A stretch of 38,982 nucleotides of DNA from an uncultured Verrucomicrobiota bacterium (GTDB taxonomy: Bacteria > Verrucomicrobiota > Verrucomicrobiia > Limisphaerales > UBA8199). The stretch spans positions 1 through 38,982 of the forward strand of contig CAZHEW010000002.1 of NCBI GenBank assembly GCA_964531815.1, given 5' to 3'. The notes under the pieces were generated by a model that was given only the letters and a program-made list of their open reading frames with translations, had not been told where the DNA came from and made no database searches. This document shows positions 1-9,537 of the stretch, piece by piece. The position numbers and the translations under genes are program-made. Each line of letters begins with the position of its first letter. Position 1 is the stretch's first letter.

Positions 1-4
1 CTGT

Positions 5-682
5 ATGCCTTCGGATTACGACGCGACGGAGTTTGTGGATAGTGATTTTCAGGCGCAGAAGCTGGCGCAGTCCGCCGTGTCGGGCGGCGCGGGCCAGGCG
101 CTGCGCGCGCCGACCCGGGAGGAGGTGGCCGCTGAACTGGCGCGAAAGCAGCAGGAACTCGCGGCAATCATTCGGGAAAAGGAAGCGAAGGAACGGGAGA
201 AGGCCGCCCTGGAGGAGACGCGCCGGCGTCAAACAGAGTTTCACACCGGCCGCGAGGAGATGATCCAGAGCCTGACGCGCGGGCTGGGCCTGCTCGAGGA
301 AGCTGAGTTCAGCGCGCGGCGGGACGCCGAGCAGATGGCCAGGACGCTGGCGGATTTGCGGGACGCCCTGGCCAAGGTCCAGGCCATTCGGGAGGAGACC
401 TGGACCAAGAACAACTTCAGTGTCGAACTCACGCGCGCTTTAACCGCTCTGGAAAACGCGCGCATGGAGTGGAATGCGGCGCGGCTGAAATTCCCCGTGC
501 TCTCGGGGCAGGCGGCCGACAGCAGCGCGTTTGCCCAGGGCGCCGTCACGCCGTCGCCCTCCCTGCTGGCGACGCACACCTTCGGCGAGCTTTGCCGGGT
601 GGGGCTGGCCCTGACGTGGCCTCTGGCCGCAGTGGCCCTGCTTGCGCTGGTTGCCCTGTTGATAGCCCTGACGCGTCACTGA
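5..682 (+). CDS. hypothetical coiled-coil protein with C-terminal transmembrane anchor
   Basis: ATG at 5. Long E/R/A/K-rich heptad-like region (REKEAKEREKAALEETRRR...). Hydrophobic C-terminal segment LALTWPLAAVALLALVALLIAL. No recognisable family motif. Only 4 nt lie upstream, so the true start could be outside the window. Confidence 0.5.
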   Translation: MPSDYDATEFVDSDFQAQKLAQSAVSGGAGQALRAPTREEVAAELARKQQELAAIIREKEAKEREKAALEETRRRQTEFHTGREEMIQSLTRGLGLLEEAEFSARRDAEQMARTLADLRDALAKVQAIREETWTKNNFSVELTRALTALENARMEWNAARLKFPVLSGQAADSSAFAQGAVTPSPSLLATHTFGELCRVGLALTWPLAAVALLALVALLIALTRH

Positions 683-694
683 CCGGCTGACGAT

Positions 695-1228
695 ATGGCG
701 TGGTTACGCAAGAAGCCGGACCCGATTTCCGATCGCGCGCGGGCGCTTAACGACGAGATCGCCAGGCTGGAATCCCAGATCAAAGACCTCGACGCCGATT
801 TGCAGCGTGCCCACTCCCAACCGCGCTTGCGCTCCACCGCCCTGCCAAGCGGAAGCACGGCCGGCCACACCGCCTCCGCCCCCGCGCCGCCCCCGGCGCC
901 GGCGGCCGAAGCGCCGATCTTCGAGGAGGTCGGGCAGGATTTGCTGAACTCGCGAGGCGAGGTGGTGACAACCCCGGACCACTACAACGAGCTGGGCGTG
1001 CGCAAGTACGACCTCCTCACCCTGCTGCGGCGCATCCGCGACCACTTTCGCGGGCCGTCCACGACCAATCCGAAGCTGGTCAGTTACCTGGCGGCGGGCG
1101 GCATTCAGGGGCTTCGTCCCCTGCGTTATGAGAAGCGCGTGGCGCGCAACCGCTTCATTTTCTTCACCGTCATCCTGTTTCTGGCCCTGCTGGGCACGCT
1201 GCTGGTCTTCCTCAAGGGGCACCGGTGA
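695..1228 (+). CDS. hypothetical protein with N-terminal coiled coil, Pro/Ala-rich linker and C-terminal TM anchor
   Basis: ATG at 695, 12 nt after the previous stop. Same architecture as the upstream gene: NDEIARLESQIKDLDADLQ helix, PAPPPAPAAEAP linker, FIFFTVILFLALLGTLLVFL tail. Confidence 0.5.
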   Translation: MAWLRKKPDPISDRARALNDEIARLESQIKDLDADLQRAHSQPRLRSTALPSGSTAGHTASAPAPPPAPAAEAPIFEEVGQDLLNSRGEVVTTPDHYNELGVRKYDLLTLLRRIRDHFRGPSTTNPKLVSYLAAGGIQGLRPLRYEKRVARNRFIFFTVILFLALLGTLLVFLKGHR

Positions 1229-1305
1229 TCGAGCGCCATGGCCCCGACGCGCGCCACAGGCCTTTGATTTTGAACCCGCAGGCTATCATGCAGGTTTGAT
1301 TGCAG

Positions 1306-1860
1306 ATGCGAACAGGAAGCCCCATTGAAACGCGCGTATGCGAAATCGTGATTCCCGCTCCCGGCGGGGAGTTCGTTGCGCATTATTCCCCCCGAGGCTT
1401 GTGCGGTTTGGAGTTTCCGGCGCGCGCGCCGAGGCACAGGCGCAGGGTCGCCACGGCGCACGTGTCGGCGCGGGTCCGCCGTTGGCACGCGGCGACTGTC
1501 CGGGCCCTTAAGCAGGTGCTGGCCGGCCGGCCGCCAAAGACGCTGCCGCCGCTTGACCTGTCCGCCGGCACGGACTTTCAGCGGCGAGTGTGGGGCGCGC
1601 TGCGGCGCATCGGCTGGGGCCGGACACGGAGTTACGGGCAGGTGGCGCGGGCGATTGGCCGGCCGAATGCTGCTCGCGCGGTGGGGGCTGCGTGCGGGGC
1701 CAATCCCATTCCGGTATTTGTGCCTTGCCACCGTGTTTTGGCTGCCGACAACCGGTTGGGCGGTTTCTCAGGCGGGCTGGACTGGAAGCGCGCGCTGCTG
1801 AGATGCGAGGGGATCATGCGGCCGGGCCGCGGCAAGAGCCAGAGACGCCGGCACCCGTAG
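1306..1860 (+). CDS. ogt: methylated-DNA--protein-cysteine methyltransferase
   Basis: Active-site motif IPVFVPCHRVL (PCHR) preceded by YGQVARAIGRPNAARAVGAACGANP, the classic Ogt/Ada C-terminal domain. The ORF-track start at 1300 is TTG; the first ATG is at 1306. Confidence 0.85.
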   Translation: MRTGSPIETRVCEIVIPAPGGEFVAHYSPRGLCGLEFPARAPRHRRRVATAHVSARVRRWHAATVRALKQVLAGRPPKTLPPLDLSAGTDFQRRVWGALRRIGWGRTRSYGQVARAIGRPNAARAVGAACGANPIPVFVPCHRVLAADNRLGGFSGGLDWKRALLRCEGIMRPGRGKSQRRRHP

Positions 1861-1873
1861 CGCCGGCCTCGAC

Positions 1874-3241
1874 TCAGTTGCCGGGAGTCTGGCCGGCCTT
1901 TCCGGCTGGAGCGGCTGTCTTTGGCGCGTGGCTGATCCGGCCTCGAATCGTTAGCATCAGCAGTCCGCCGATGGCGCCAAATGGCGCCATGAAATAGAAG
2001 TAGTTGCCGAGGCTGCGGTCGAGCAGGTTGCCCAGGAAGTAGCCGGCCAGGCTGCCACCGAAGTATTGGAAGGAGTCAATCAACCCCAGCGCGAACCCCG
2101 CAAAACGCCGCCCGCCAATGTCCATCGGCGCCGCCGAGCCCAGGATCGAGTGGGTGGAATTGGCGGTAAAGGAGATGAGGACCAGGAACAGGATGGCTGC
2201 ATTCACGCCGTGGAATTGGGCTGCCAGGAGAATGATCGCCGTTTCCAGGAAATAAAGAATTGCGGCGACGGGCGCGCGCCGCCCTTTGAACAGCGTGTCC
2301 GAGACGTAACCAGCCAGCAGCGAGCCGGCTGAGGCCACAAACGGGATGAGGAATGCGAGGAATTGAAACCGAACGGAGCGCAGGTCCACGTGGTAAAGGT
2401 CCTGCATATAGCGGGGGAACCACTGGTCCACGGCTTGCCGGACCGCGCCGGTGCAGGCGTAGGCGCAGGCGGTGATCCACACCACCGGGTTGCTCATGAT
2501 GGCGCGTATGACCTGGGAGAATTGGGCAGTCACCCCGGCGTCGGTTGGGCCGGTGTCGTCTCGAATGACTCCGTGGAAGCCGGCCTCCTCGGGTGTTTGC
2601 TTCACTGTTAACGCCATGCCGACGGCGGCGGCGGCGCAGATGATCGAGGGGGCCCAAAACAGCCAGCGCCAGTGAAGCGGCGGGACGTTAATCAGCCCGA
2701 GGACTGTGAAGCCCGCGAGCAGGGCTGGGCCCAGCGTGAAAATTCCCAGGCGCCCGAGATTGATCATGAACCCGAAGATGCCGGAGAATCGCCCGCGCTC
2801 GCGATGATTGAACCAGGCCGTGTTGATCTTCACCATTCCGGGCGCGCCGAAAGCCTGGAGGTAGCCGTCCACGCCCCGAATGGCGATGAACAGCCCCAGC
2901 ATCCCCGCGAACGACGCCGCGCCAAAGAGAATGTTCATCAGGATCGTCCCGGCCGCGCCGATCAGCATGGCGCGTTTACCGCCGAGGCGGTCGGTCAGCA
3001 GCCCGTTAATGATCTGGCCGCACGCGTAGGCAAAGAGCGAGGTGGTGATGATGTAGCCCATCTCCGCCCGGCTGAAATCAAACTCCCCGCTGATGGATTT
3101 GTTAGCGATGGAGAGGTTGTACCGGCACATGTAGAATGACGTGTACAACAGGCCGAGAAAGCCCCAGTTCAGGCCGCGGCGCGCGCGGAAGCCCGGCGGA
3201 TACTGAAGGTGCGGAAAGGCGGCGGCGTCAGGTTTGCTCAT
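1874..3241 (-). CDS. MFS transporter, organophosphate:phosphate antiporter (GlpT/UhpC)-like
   Basis: About 12 predicted TM helices. N-terminal FYMCRYNLSIANKSI and GLLTDRLGGKRAM motifs are typical of MFS loop 2-3 and OPA-type carriers. Substrate not inferable. Confidence 0.8.
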   Translation of the reverse strand: MSKPDAAAFPHLQYPPGFRARRGLNWGFLGLLYTSFYMCRYNLSIANKSISGEFDFSRAEMGYIITTSLFAYACGQIINGLLTDRLGGKRAMLIGAAGTILMNILFGAASFAGMLGLFIAIRGVDGYLQAFGAPGMVKINTAWFNHRERGRFSGIFGFMINLGRLGIFTLGPALLAGFTVLGLINVPPLHWRWLFWAPSIICAAAAVGMALTVKQTPEEAGFHGVIRDDTGPTDAGVTAQFSQVIRAIMSNPVVWITACAYACTGAVRQAVDQWFPRYMQDLYHVDLRSVRFQFLAFLIPFVASAGSLLAGYVSDTLFKGRRAPVAAILYFLETAIILLAAQFHGVNAAILFLVLISFTANSTHSILGSAAPMDIGGRRFAGFALGLIDSFQYFGGSLAGYFLGNLLDRSLGNYFYFMAPFGAIGGLLMLTIRGRISHAPKTAAPAGKAGQTPGN

Positions 3242-3289
3242 AAGGCATTTAGACCGCGCGCTTCATTCAGCAGGGCAATAGCACGGCAG

Positions 3290-4768
3290 CTACTCCGGAA
3301 CCAGTTCAATCGTCGGCTTCTCCTCCACCTCGGTGATATACTTCCGGGTGGCGGCGGGCAGTTGGTGCCAGATCTTGAGAGCCAGGAGACCTCCGAGCAA
3401 GGCGAAGGGCATAAGGAAACAGGGCCACCAATACCAGCTATGGCCTGTCAGGTAGCCAAGGCTGATGGACTGCAATCCCGTTCCCAGGTAGACAAAGCCG
3501 TCCACCACGCCCGAACAAGTGGCGGTGGCCTTCCGGCCGCCAAAATCAGCCGCCGCCGTGCCCGACATCAGCGAGTGCACACCGATCACCGCCATGGTGA
3601 TGAGCAGCGCGGCCAACCCGACCATGAACGGTGAAGAGAACAAAGAAAATGCCATCACAACCGTCATCAGGAACATGAACCCGCAGAGAATAACCGTTGG
3701 CGGACCGCGGCGGGAGTGAAAAATCTTGTCGGACACCAGCCCGCCGACAAACCCGCCCACGATGCCAAAGAAGCACAGCAGCAATCCCCAGTGGTTGAAG
3801 AAGAACTCCGCGCCGGTCTGCTTGACGTCTTTGGCGAAGATGAAGTACCAGGTCATAATCCCGTTGCGCAGCACGCCGGAGGTCAGCTCGATAAAGGCAA
3901 TCGTAAGCATGATCGGGCTGGCAAAGACCTTCTTGAGCAGCTCCAGCGTCGTGTACTCGATGTGCATAGCCCCCGAAGACGCGTCATGGGTGTCAAAATG
4001 CGGGAAGGCGGCCTCCTCGGGGGTATCCTTGATCAGCCACCAATCCAGCACCGCCCAGATCAGCAGGATGGCCGCTGGAATGAAAAAGACGGCCCAGTTG
4101 GCATCGAGCGGAGTGCCATCCAGCGCGAAGATCTTCTGGATGAGACGGTGCGCCCAGCTCAATTCGCCCTGGGCGTTCGCCTTGGCCATATCCACGATGG
4201 CTTTGCCCCAGTCGAACGCGAAATAGACCCCGAAGGAAATGAGCGTTCCGAAGATGGCCCCGAAGACGCCCCGTTCGCGCACATGGAACCAGTAAGCTTT
4301 AACCTTGATGATCGAGACCGCGCCGTAGCTCTGGAAATACATGTTGATCGCGTAGATCGCCGAGAAGGCCACTACCAGCCGCATCTTGAGCTGGCCGGTG
4401 ACGACCAGGTAGGTCAGCACGCCGAGCACGATATTGGCCAGGGACGCCCCCAGCGCCGCGATGATGATGCCGCGCTTGCCCCCGATCTTGTCCACCAGGG
4501 GCCCGTTCACGAGGAACGACACGCCATACACCGTCGTGCCGATGCCGAAGATCCAGCCAAAGTCCTGGTTGGTCATGAGCGAGCCGAGCGCGTTCTTGGA
4601 GACGGTCAGGTTGTAGCGCGCCATGTAGAGGAACGCGTAGGTCATGCCCAGCGGAAACCAGTTGATGAAGCGCCGGATCATGAACCACGAACCGTGCCCC
4701 AGCGGGTTGTTGTAGAAATAGAGGGCCACAACAACCGCCAGGCAAATCCCAACCAGCAGCAGAGACAT
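3290..4768 (-). CDS. MFS transporter, OPA-like paralog
   Basis: Same family signatures (LYMARYNLTVSKNAL, GPLVDKIGGKRGI). Tandem with the preceding MFS gene on the same strand. Has a longer central loop. Confidence 0.8.
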   Translation of the reverse strand: MSLLLVGICLAVVVALYFYNNPLGHGSWFMIRRFINWFPLGMTYAFLYMARYNLTVSKNALGSLMTNQDFGWIFGIGTTVYGVSFLVNGPLVDKIGGKRGIIIAALGASLANIVLGVLTYLVVTGQLKMRLVVAFSAIYAINMYFQSYGAVSIIKVKAYWFHVRERGVFGAIFGTLISFGVYFAFDWGKAIVDMAKANAQGELSWAHRLIQKIFALDGTPLDANWAVFFIPAAILLIWAVLDWWLIKDTPEEAAFPHFDTHDASSGAMHIEYTTLELLKKVFASPIMLTIAFIELTSGVLRNGIMTWYFIFAKDVKQTGAEFFFNHWGLLLCFFGIVGGFVGGLVSDKIFHSRRGPPTVILCGFMFLMTVVMAFSLFSSPFMVGLAALLITMAVIGVHSLMSGTAAADFGGRKATATCSGVVDGFVYLGTGLQSISLGYLTGHSWYWWPCFLMPFALLGGLLALKIWHQLPAATRKYITEVEEKPTIELVPE

Positions 4769-4929
4769 ACGAGTTTACGCGCGAGCGCTTACCAGGAATC
4801 CGACGCGCGTTCCAGCTAACCAGAGCCCGCGGGCGAGGTCAAAGCAATTGCCGCAGGATTTGCGTGCATCGAAGTCTGGAGCCGCTGCTTGAGGTCCGGG
4901 GCCAGCCTCTTTAGAGTCACGCCCAACGC

Positions 4930-6279
4930 ATGACTGAAACCTTTCTACGCCTCAACTCGACCCTCAACGGCTATGTCTGGGGCTGGCCCATGATCGTGCT
5001 GCTGATGGGCACGGGACTCTTGCTTACGCTCTTGACCGGCGCGGTCCAGTTCCGCCGCCTGGGATTCGCCTTGCGCGAAGTGCTGGGCAGAATCACGCAG
5101 CGCGGCGGCGGGCAAGGGGATGTGCGCCCGTTCCAGGCGGTGGCCACCGCGCTTGCCTCCACGGTGGGCGTGGGCAACATTGCCGGCGTCGCCACGGCCA
5201 TCTACCTCGGCGGTCCCGGCGCGGTGTTTTGGCTGTGGGTGTCCGGGCTGCTCGGCATGGCAACCAAGTACGCGGAAATCGTCGTGGCGCTGCATTACCG
5301 GGAACCGGATGCGGCCGGCACGATGCGGGGCGGGGCGATGTACATCCTGAAGAAAGGGCTCGGCTGGCCGTGGCTGGGCGGCGCCTTCGCGTTGCTGACG
5401 GCGCTGGCGGCCTTTGGCATCGGGAACATGGTGCAGGCCAATTCGGTGGCCGACGCACTCAAAGCTACTTTTGATCTTCCCACATGGATGACCGGCGTCG
5501 TGCTGGTCGTCCTGACGGCGATGGTCATTCTGGGCGGAATCAAGTCCATTGCCAGCGTGACCCAATGGCTCGTGCCGTTTATGGCGGTGCTTTACCTGGG
5601 CGGGGCTGTGATCGTGCTGGCGCTCTGTGCCGGCAAACTGCCGCACGTCTTCAAGCTGATCTTCGACGGCGCGTTCTCCGGCACGGCGGCGGTCGGCGGT
5701 TTTGCCGGCAGCACGATGATGATGGCGCTGCGCTACGGCATCGCCCGGGGCCTGTTCTCCAACGAGGCCGGCTTGGGCAGCGCGCCGATGGTCCACTGCG
5801 CGGCCGACACGGACCATCCCGTCCGGCAGGGCATGTATGGCGTGTTCGAGGTGTTCGTGGACACGATCCTGATTTGCACTGCGACCGGGCTGGTGATTCT
5901 GTTGACGGACACCTGGAACAGCGGTCTGACCGGGGCCGCGCTGTCCGTCAAGGCATTCGAGACGGGTTTGCCCGGCACCTTCGGTGATGTTGTGGTGACC
6001 GGCGGACTGGTGTTGTTTGCTTACTCGACGCTGCTGGGCTGGAGTTACTACGGGGAAACTGGCATCGTCTATCTGCTGGGCGCAAAGGCCGCCATGCCCT
6101 ACCGGCTCGCCTGGCTGGTATTCGTTTACCTGGGCGCGACCGGTTCGCTGCACCTGGTCTGGGACATCGCTGACACGCTCAACGGGCTGATGGCAATTCC
6201 CAACTTGATCGCCTTGCTGGCCTCCCTTCCGCTGCTGCTGCGGCTGCAGCGGGAGTTCTTCAGCCGGTCTGCGGACTGA
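4930..6279 (+). CDS. alanine/glycine:cation symporter (AGCS family amino acid carrier)
   Basis: FQAVATALASTVGVGNIAGVATAI and SNEAGLGSAPMVH motifs are characteristic of sodium:alanine symporter family proteins. Multi-TM. Confidence 0.85.
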   Translation: MTETFLRLNSTLNGYVWGWPMIVLLMGTGLLLTLLTGAVQFRRLGFALREVLGRITQRGGGQGDVRPFQAVATALASTVGVGNIAGVATAIYLGGPGAVFWLWVSGLLGMATKYAEIVVALHYREPDAAGTMRGGAMYILKKGLGWPWLGGAFALLTALAAFGIGNMVQANSVADALKATFDLPTWMTGVVLVVLTAMVILGGIKSIASVTQWLVPFMAVLYLGGAVIVLALCAGKLPHVFKLIFDGAFSGTAAVGGFAGSTMMMALRYGIARGLFSNEAGLGSAPMVHCAADTDHPVRQGMYGVFEVFVDTILICTATGLVILLTDTWNSGLTGAALSVKAFETGLPGTFGDVVVTGGLVLFAYSTLLGWSYYGETGIVYLLGAKAAMPYRLAWLVFVYLGATGSLHLVWDIADTLNGLMAIPNLIALLASLPLLLRLQREFFSRSAD

Positions 6280-6291
6280 GCGCGCGCGGGC

Positions 6292-7545
6292 TTACCTGGC
6301 CTTTACGTCGTAGCACAACAACACATCCTGATCGCGCAGAAACAGCCGGCCTCCCACGATCACCGGGTGCGGCCAGCTCTTCTTGCCGCTGCGGTCGGGC
6401 GGAGCGAAGCGGCTCTTCTCGACGTAGCCGGAGGGAGTGGCTTCCAGGAGGGCTACCACGCCTTTTTCGGCTTCCTCGCGACAGTAGAGACGGCCGTCGG
6501 CGTAGAGGAGCGAGCCTTTGCCCAGTTTGATCTTCTCCTGCCACCGGGCTTCGCCGGACTTGAAGTCCTGGCACGTCCAGCCCTTGCCATCGGAGTAACC
6601 ATAGAGATGCTCGCCCACTTTGACCACGCCGCCATGATGGTTCACCATGACCTTGTTGGCATACACCTGCGTGGCCGTGAACTCGCCTCCTTTGGCCACT
6701 TTGAAAAGGTTGCAGCCGATGCTGTAGCCGGAGGTGACATAGACATAACCGTCGGCGTGGATGGGCGTGGGGATCACTGCGGTGGCGCCTTTGCGGGCGG
6801 CTTTCCACAGCACCTTGCCGTCCTTCGGCGCCACGCCGGCGACGCTCTTGGCGGTAAGCTGCACGTATTGCCGCACGCCGCCTATCTCGGCGATGATGAT
6901 TGAGGAGTAATGGGCATCATCGGTCCAATCCTTGCTTTGCCAGATCAAATCCCCGGTCTTCTTGTTCAGCGCGACCAGCGTGCCTTGCGGCCCCCCAGGC
7001 GTGAAGAGGACCTGATCGCCGTCCACCAGCGGAGATTCCGAAAAGCCCCATTCCGGAAGCGGTCCGCCGAAGTCGGTGGTGAGATGTTTGCGCCAGACCT
7101 CCTTGCCGTCCTGGGCGTTGACGCAGATCACCTCGCCAAACTGACCTAGGGCATAGACGAGGTTTCCGTCGGCGGTGGGCGTGGCCCGCGGACCGGCGTA
7201 GCCGCCCCAGCCCGGCGCACCGGCTTTGCCGAGCGGGGTTGACCAGAGAACCTTGCCGTCCGCGCGGTTGAGGGCAACGACGTGGTTGCCCGCGGGCCGT
7301 TCTCCCATGGTGAAGATGCGCTGGCCGGCGACCGACACGCCGGAGAAACCCCCGCCCAGGCCGGTGGCTTTCCAAAGCAGGGGCGGGCCTTGCTGGGGCC
7401 ACTCCTTCAGCAACCCGGTTTCAGTGCATAAACCGTCGCGGTTCGGTCCGCGCCACTGCGGCCAGTCCGACTGGGCCGCGGGCAGAGATTGAAGGAGAGA
7501 TTGGGCCACCCAGGCCGCGACCACCAGTGCGATATGCTTTCTCAT
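6292..7545 (-). CDS. PQQ-like beta-propeller repeat protein (BamB-like fold), secreted
   Basis: Signal peptide MRKHIALVVAAWVAQSLLQSLPAAQS. DWPQWRGPNRDG N-terminal motif and repeated G-x-V/L-x-A-L-D/N-x-x-T/D-G-K-x-x-W blades. Confidence 0.75.
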   Translation of the reverse strand: MRKHIALVVAAWVAQSLLQSLPAAQSDWPQWRGPNRDGLCTETGLLKEWPQQGPPLLWKATGLGGGFSGVSVAGQRIFTMGERPAGNHVVALNRADGKVLWSTPLGKAGAPGWGGYAGPRATPTADGNLVYALGQFGEVICVNAQDGKEVWRKHLTTDFGGPLPEWGFSESPLVDGDQVLFTPGGPQGTLVALNKKTGDLIWQSKDWTDDAHYSSIIIAEIGGVRQYVQLTAKSVAGVAPKDGKVLWKAARKGATAVIPTPIHADGYVYVTSGYSIGCNLFKVAKGGEFTATQVYANKVMVNHHGGVVKVGEHLYGYSDGKGWTCQDFKSGEARWQEKIKLGKGSLLYADGRLYCREEAEKGVVALLEATPSGYVEKSRFAPPDRSGKKSWPHPVIVGGRLFLRDQDVLLCYDVKAR

Positions 7546-7763
7546 GTAACCAATATGAACTCAGGAGGGCCAAGGCTACAGACACGTCGGCCGGATCCAG
7601 CACCCTCCGTCTGGCCCAGCCGATCTCGCCGCAGGCTACTTGCCTGTAGCGCAGCGGCGACATCATACAGATGGCACTGCTGGATGGGGAATGCAAATCT
7701 TACGCCGGCCATGCGGCCGCGATTTTGCTTTTGCGCGCCCGGCTGATGCGGTTTGATTGCCAC

Positions 7764-9497
7764 ATGATGCTCCGACCTTGCTTCGTTTCGTTGGCGCTGC
7801 TGCTGGGGCAAACGCTTCAGGCGGCGATGCAGCCGCCCGGCGGGCCCCTCGTTCTCGAGCCCGACGGGAAGCCCGGCCCAGCGGTTGCCTTTTGGCTGGA
7901 GAGCTCGTTGAAGCGGGTGTTCCCCGCGTCGCCGCCCGGGACGACCAACCTGCATTTGCTGGCGGCGCGAAACAGCCGGATTGCCTTCCAGGCGTGCCTG
8001 CAAAACCGCCGAGTGCATCCGCTAAACGTCGAGTGTTCGGTGTCCGGTGGGGACGGCTTGAAGCCTCAGATTCGGCGCGTGGGATATGTGCCCTTGCGGC
8101 ATTACACGACCGACACGGACCCCGCCGAGCTGGACGGCTTCGGCCTGCTGCCGGGCCTGGTGCCGGACCCGCTCTTTCCCGACACCAAGGCCACGGTCGC
8201 GCCTTGGGAGAACCAGTCGTTTTGGATCACGCTGAGCATTCCCGCCGACGCCAAGCCGGGCGTGCGAGTGCTGCAGGTGCGTTACACGTTCCACAACGGC
8301 ACGCAGCTCGCGGAACTGCCGGTGCGGTTGGAGATTGCGCCGTTGGTAATCCAGCCCCGGCATGACTTCGACGTCATCCACTGGTGGCGCGGCGAGGCGA
8401 TCTGGGATTACTACAAGACCGGCATGTTCGACGAGAAATGGTGGCAGCTCACCCGGGCTTACCTGGCGGACATGCTCGCGCACGGATCGGACGTGGTCTA
8501 TGTGCCGATCTTCTTCAATCGCCGCGAGACCTTCCAGCGCCCGTGCCAGTTGCTCGGGATCACCAGCCCACAGCCGGACGTGTACCAGTTCGACTGGACG
8601 CAGGTGAAGCGGTTCACCGACATGGCCAAGGGGTTGGGATTCCGGAAGTTCGAATGGTCGCACCTGTGGATTTACTGGGGCGTCGAGAACCCCATCCGGG
8701 CCTACACGCAGCGCGACGGCAAATGGGTGATGCTTTGGCCGCCGGACACAAAGGCCACCTCCGACACCTACCTCACCTTCCTGAAGCAGTTCCTGCCGGC
8801 CTTTCACCGGTTCCTGACCGAGGAAAAACTGCTGGCCGCTTCGTATTTCCACCTGTCCGACGAGCCGGGCAGCGACCAGCACGTCGAGAACTACAAGCGC
8901 GCCCGCAAGGTGCTGCGCGAACTGGCGCCCTGGATGAAGGTAATGGACGCGCTCAGCGATGTGCGTTACGGGCGCGAGGGCCTGACGGACATCCCGATTC
9001 CGATTGTGAGTTCGGCGCAGGCCTACATTGACGAGAAGATCCCGCACTGGGTGTATTACTGCTGCGCGCCGCAGGGACCGTGGCTGAACCGGTTCCTGGA
9101 CACCCCCTTGCCAAAGGTTCGCATGTCCGGCTGGCTGTTTTACCGGCTCGGCGCCAAAGGCTTCCTCCATTGGGGTTACAACTACTGGCACAAGATCGAG
9201 CAGGAGGTGATGACCGATCCTTTCACCGATGCGTCCGCGGCGGCTTGGCCCATGATACCCTACGGCGATCCGTTTATGGTCTATCCGGGCGAAGCAGGGC
9301 CGATTGACTCAATCCGGTGGGAGGTGTTTGCCGAGTCCCTTCAGGACTACGCGCTGTTGCAGAGCGCCGGCATCCGGCCCGACGACCCCTTGCTCGCCCC
9401 GCTCAAGACCTATGCGGATTTTCCGAAGACCGAAGAATGGCTCCGGTCGGCGACGGAGGCCGTCTTGCAGCGACCCGCCGCCGGCAAGAATCCGTAA
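7764..9497 (+). CDS. DUF4091 / GH123-like glycoside hydrolase family protein (Sec signal)
   Basis: Likely start at ATG 7764 (MMLRPCFVSLALLLGQTLQA signal peptide) rather than the ORF-track 7671. Motifs FHLSDEPG (possible Asp-Glu catalytic pair) and GFLHWGYNYW, as I recall them from DUF4091 proteins. Family assignment is from memory, not from a search. Confidence 0.6.
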   Translation: MMLRPCFVSLALLLGQTLQAAMQPPGGPLVLEPDGKPGPAVAFWLESSLKRVFPASPPGTTNLHLLAARNSRIAFQACLQNRRVHPLNVECSVSGGDGLKPQIRRVGYVPLRHYTTDTDPAELDGFGLLPGLVPDPLFPDTKATVAPWENQSFWITLSIPADAKPGVRVLQVRYTFHNGTQLAELPVRLEIAPLVIQPRHDFDVIHWWRGEAIWDYYKTGMFDEKWWQLTRAYLADMLAHGSDVVYVPIFFNRRETFQRPCQLLGITSPQPDVYQFDWTQVKRFTDMAKGLGFRKFEWSHLWIYWGVENPIRAYTQRDGKWVMLWPPDTKATSDTYLTFLKQFLPAFHRFLTEEKLLAASYFHLSDEPGSDQHVENYKRARKVLRELAPWMKVMDALSDVRYGREGLTDIPIPIVSSAQAYIDEKIPHWVYYCCAPQGPWLNRFLDTPLPKVRMSGWLFYRLGAKGFLHWGYNYWHKIEQEVMTDPFTDASAAAWPMIPYGDPFMVYPGEAGPIDSIRWEVFAESLQDYALLQSAGIRPDDPLLAPLKTYADFPKTEEWLRSATEAVLQRPAAGKNP

Positions 9498-9537
9498 TAC
9501 TCTCTCCGATCGGCCGGTTGCCGTCACACTTGAACCT

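Noticed and set aside
7671-7763. N-terminal extensions offered by the ORF track: 7671, 9304, 23410, 29526, 30946, 34217, 38372, 28492 (-), 36974 (-), 13855 (-), 15844 (-) and 17031.
   Set aside because: The extensions overlap upstream genes or are low-complexity. Internal starts give proper signal peptides, conserved N-termini or Shine-Dalgarno spacing, so I used the shorter models.
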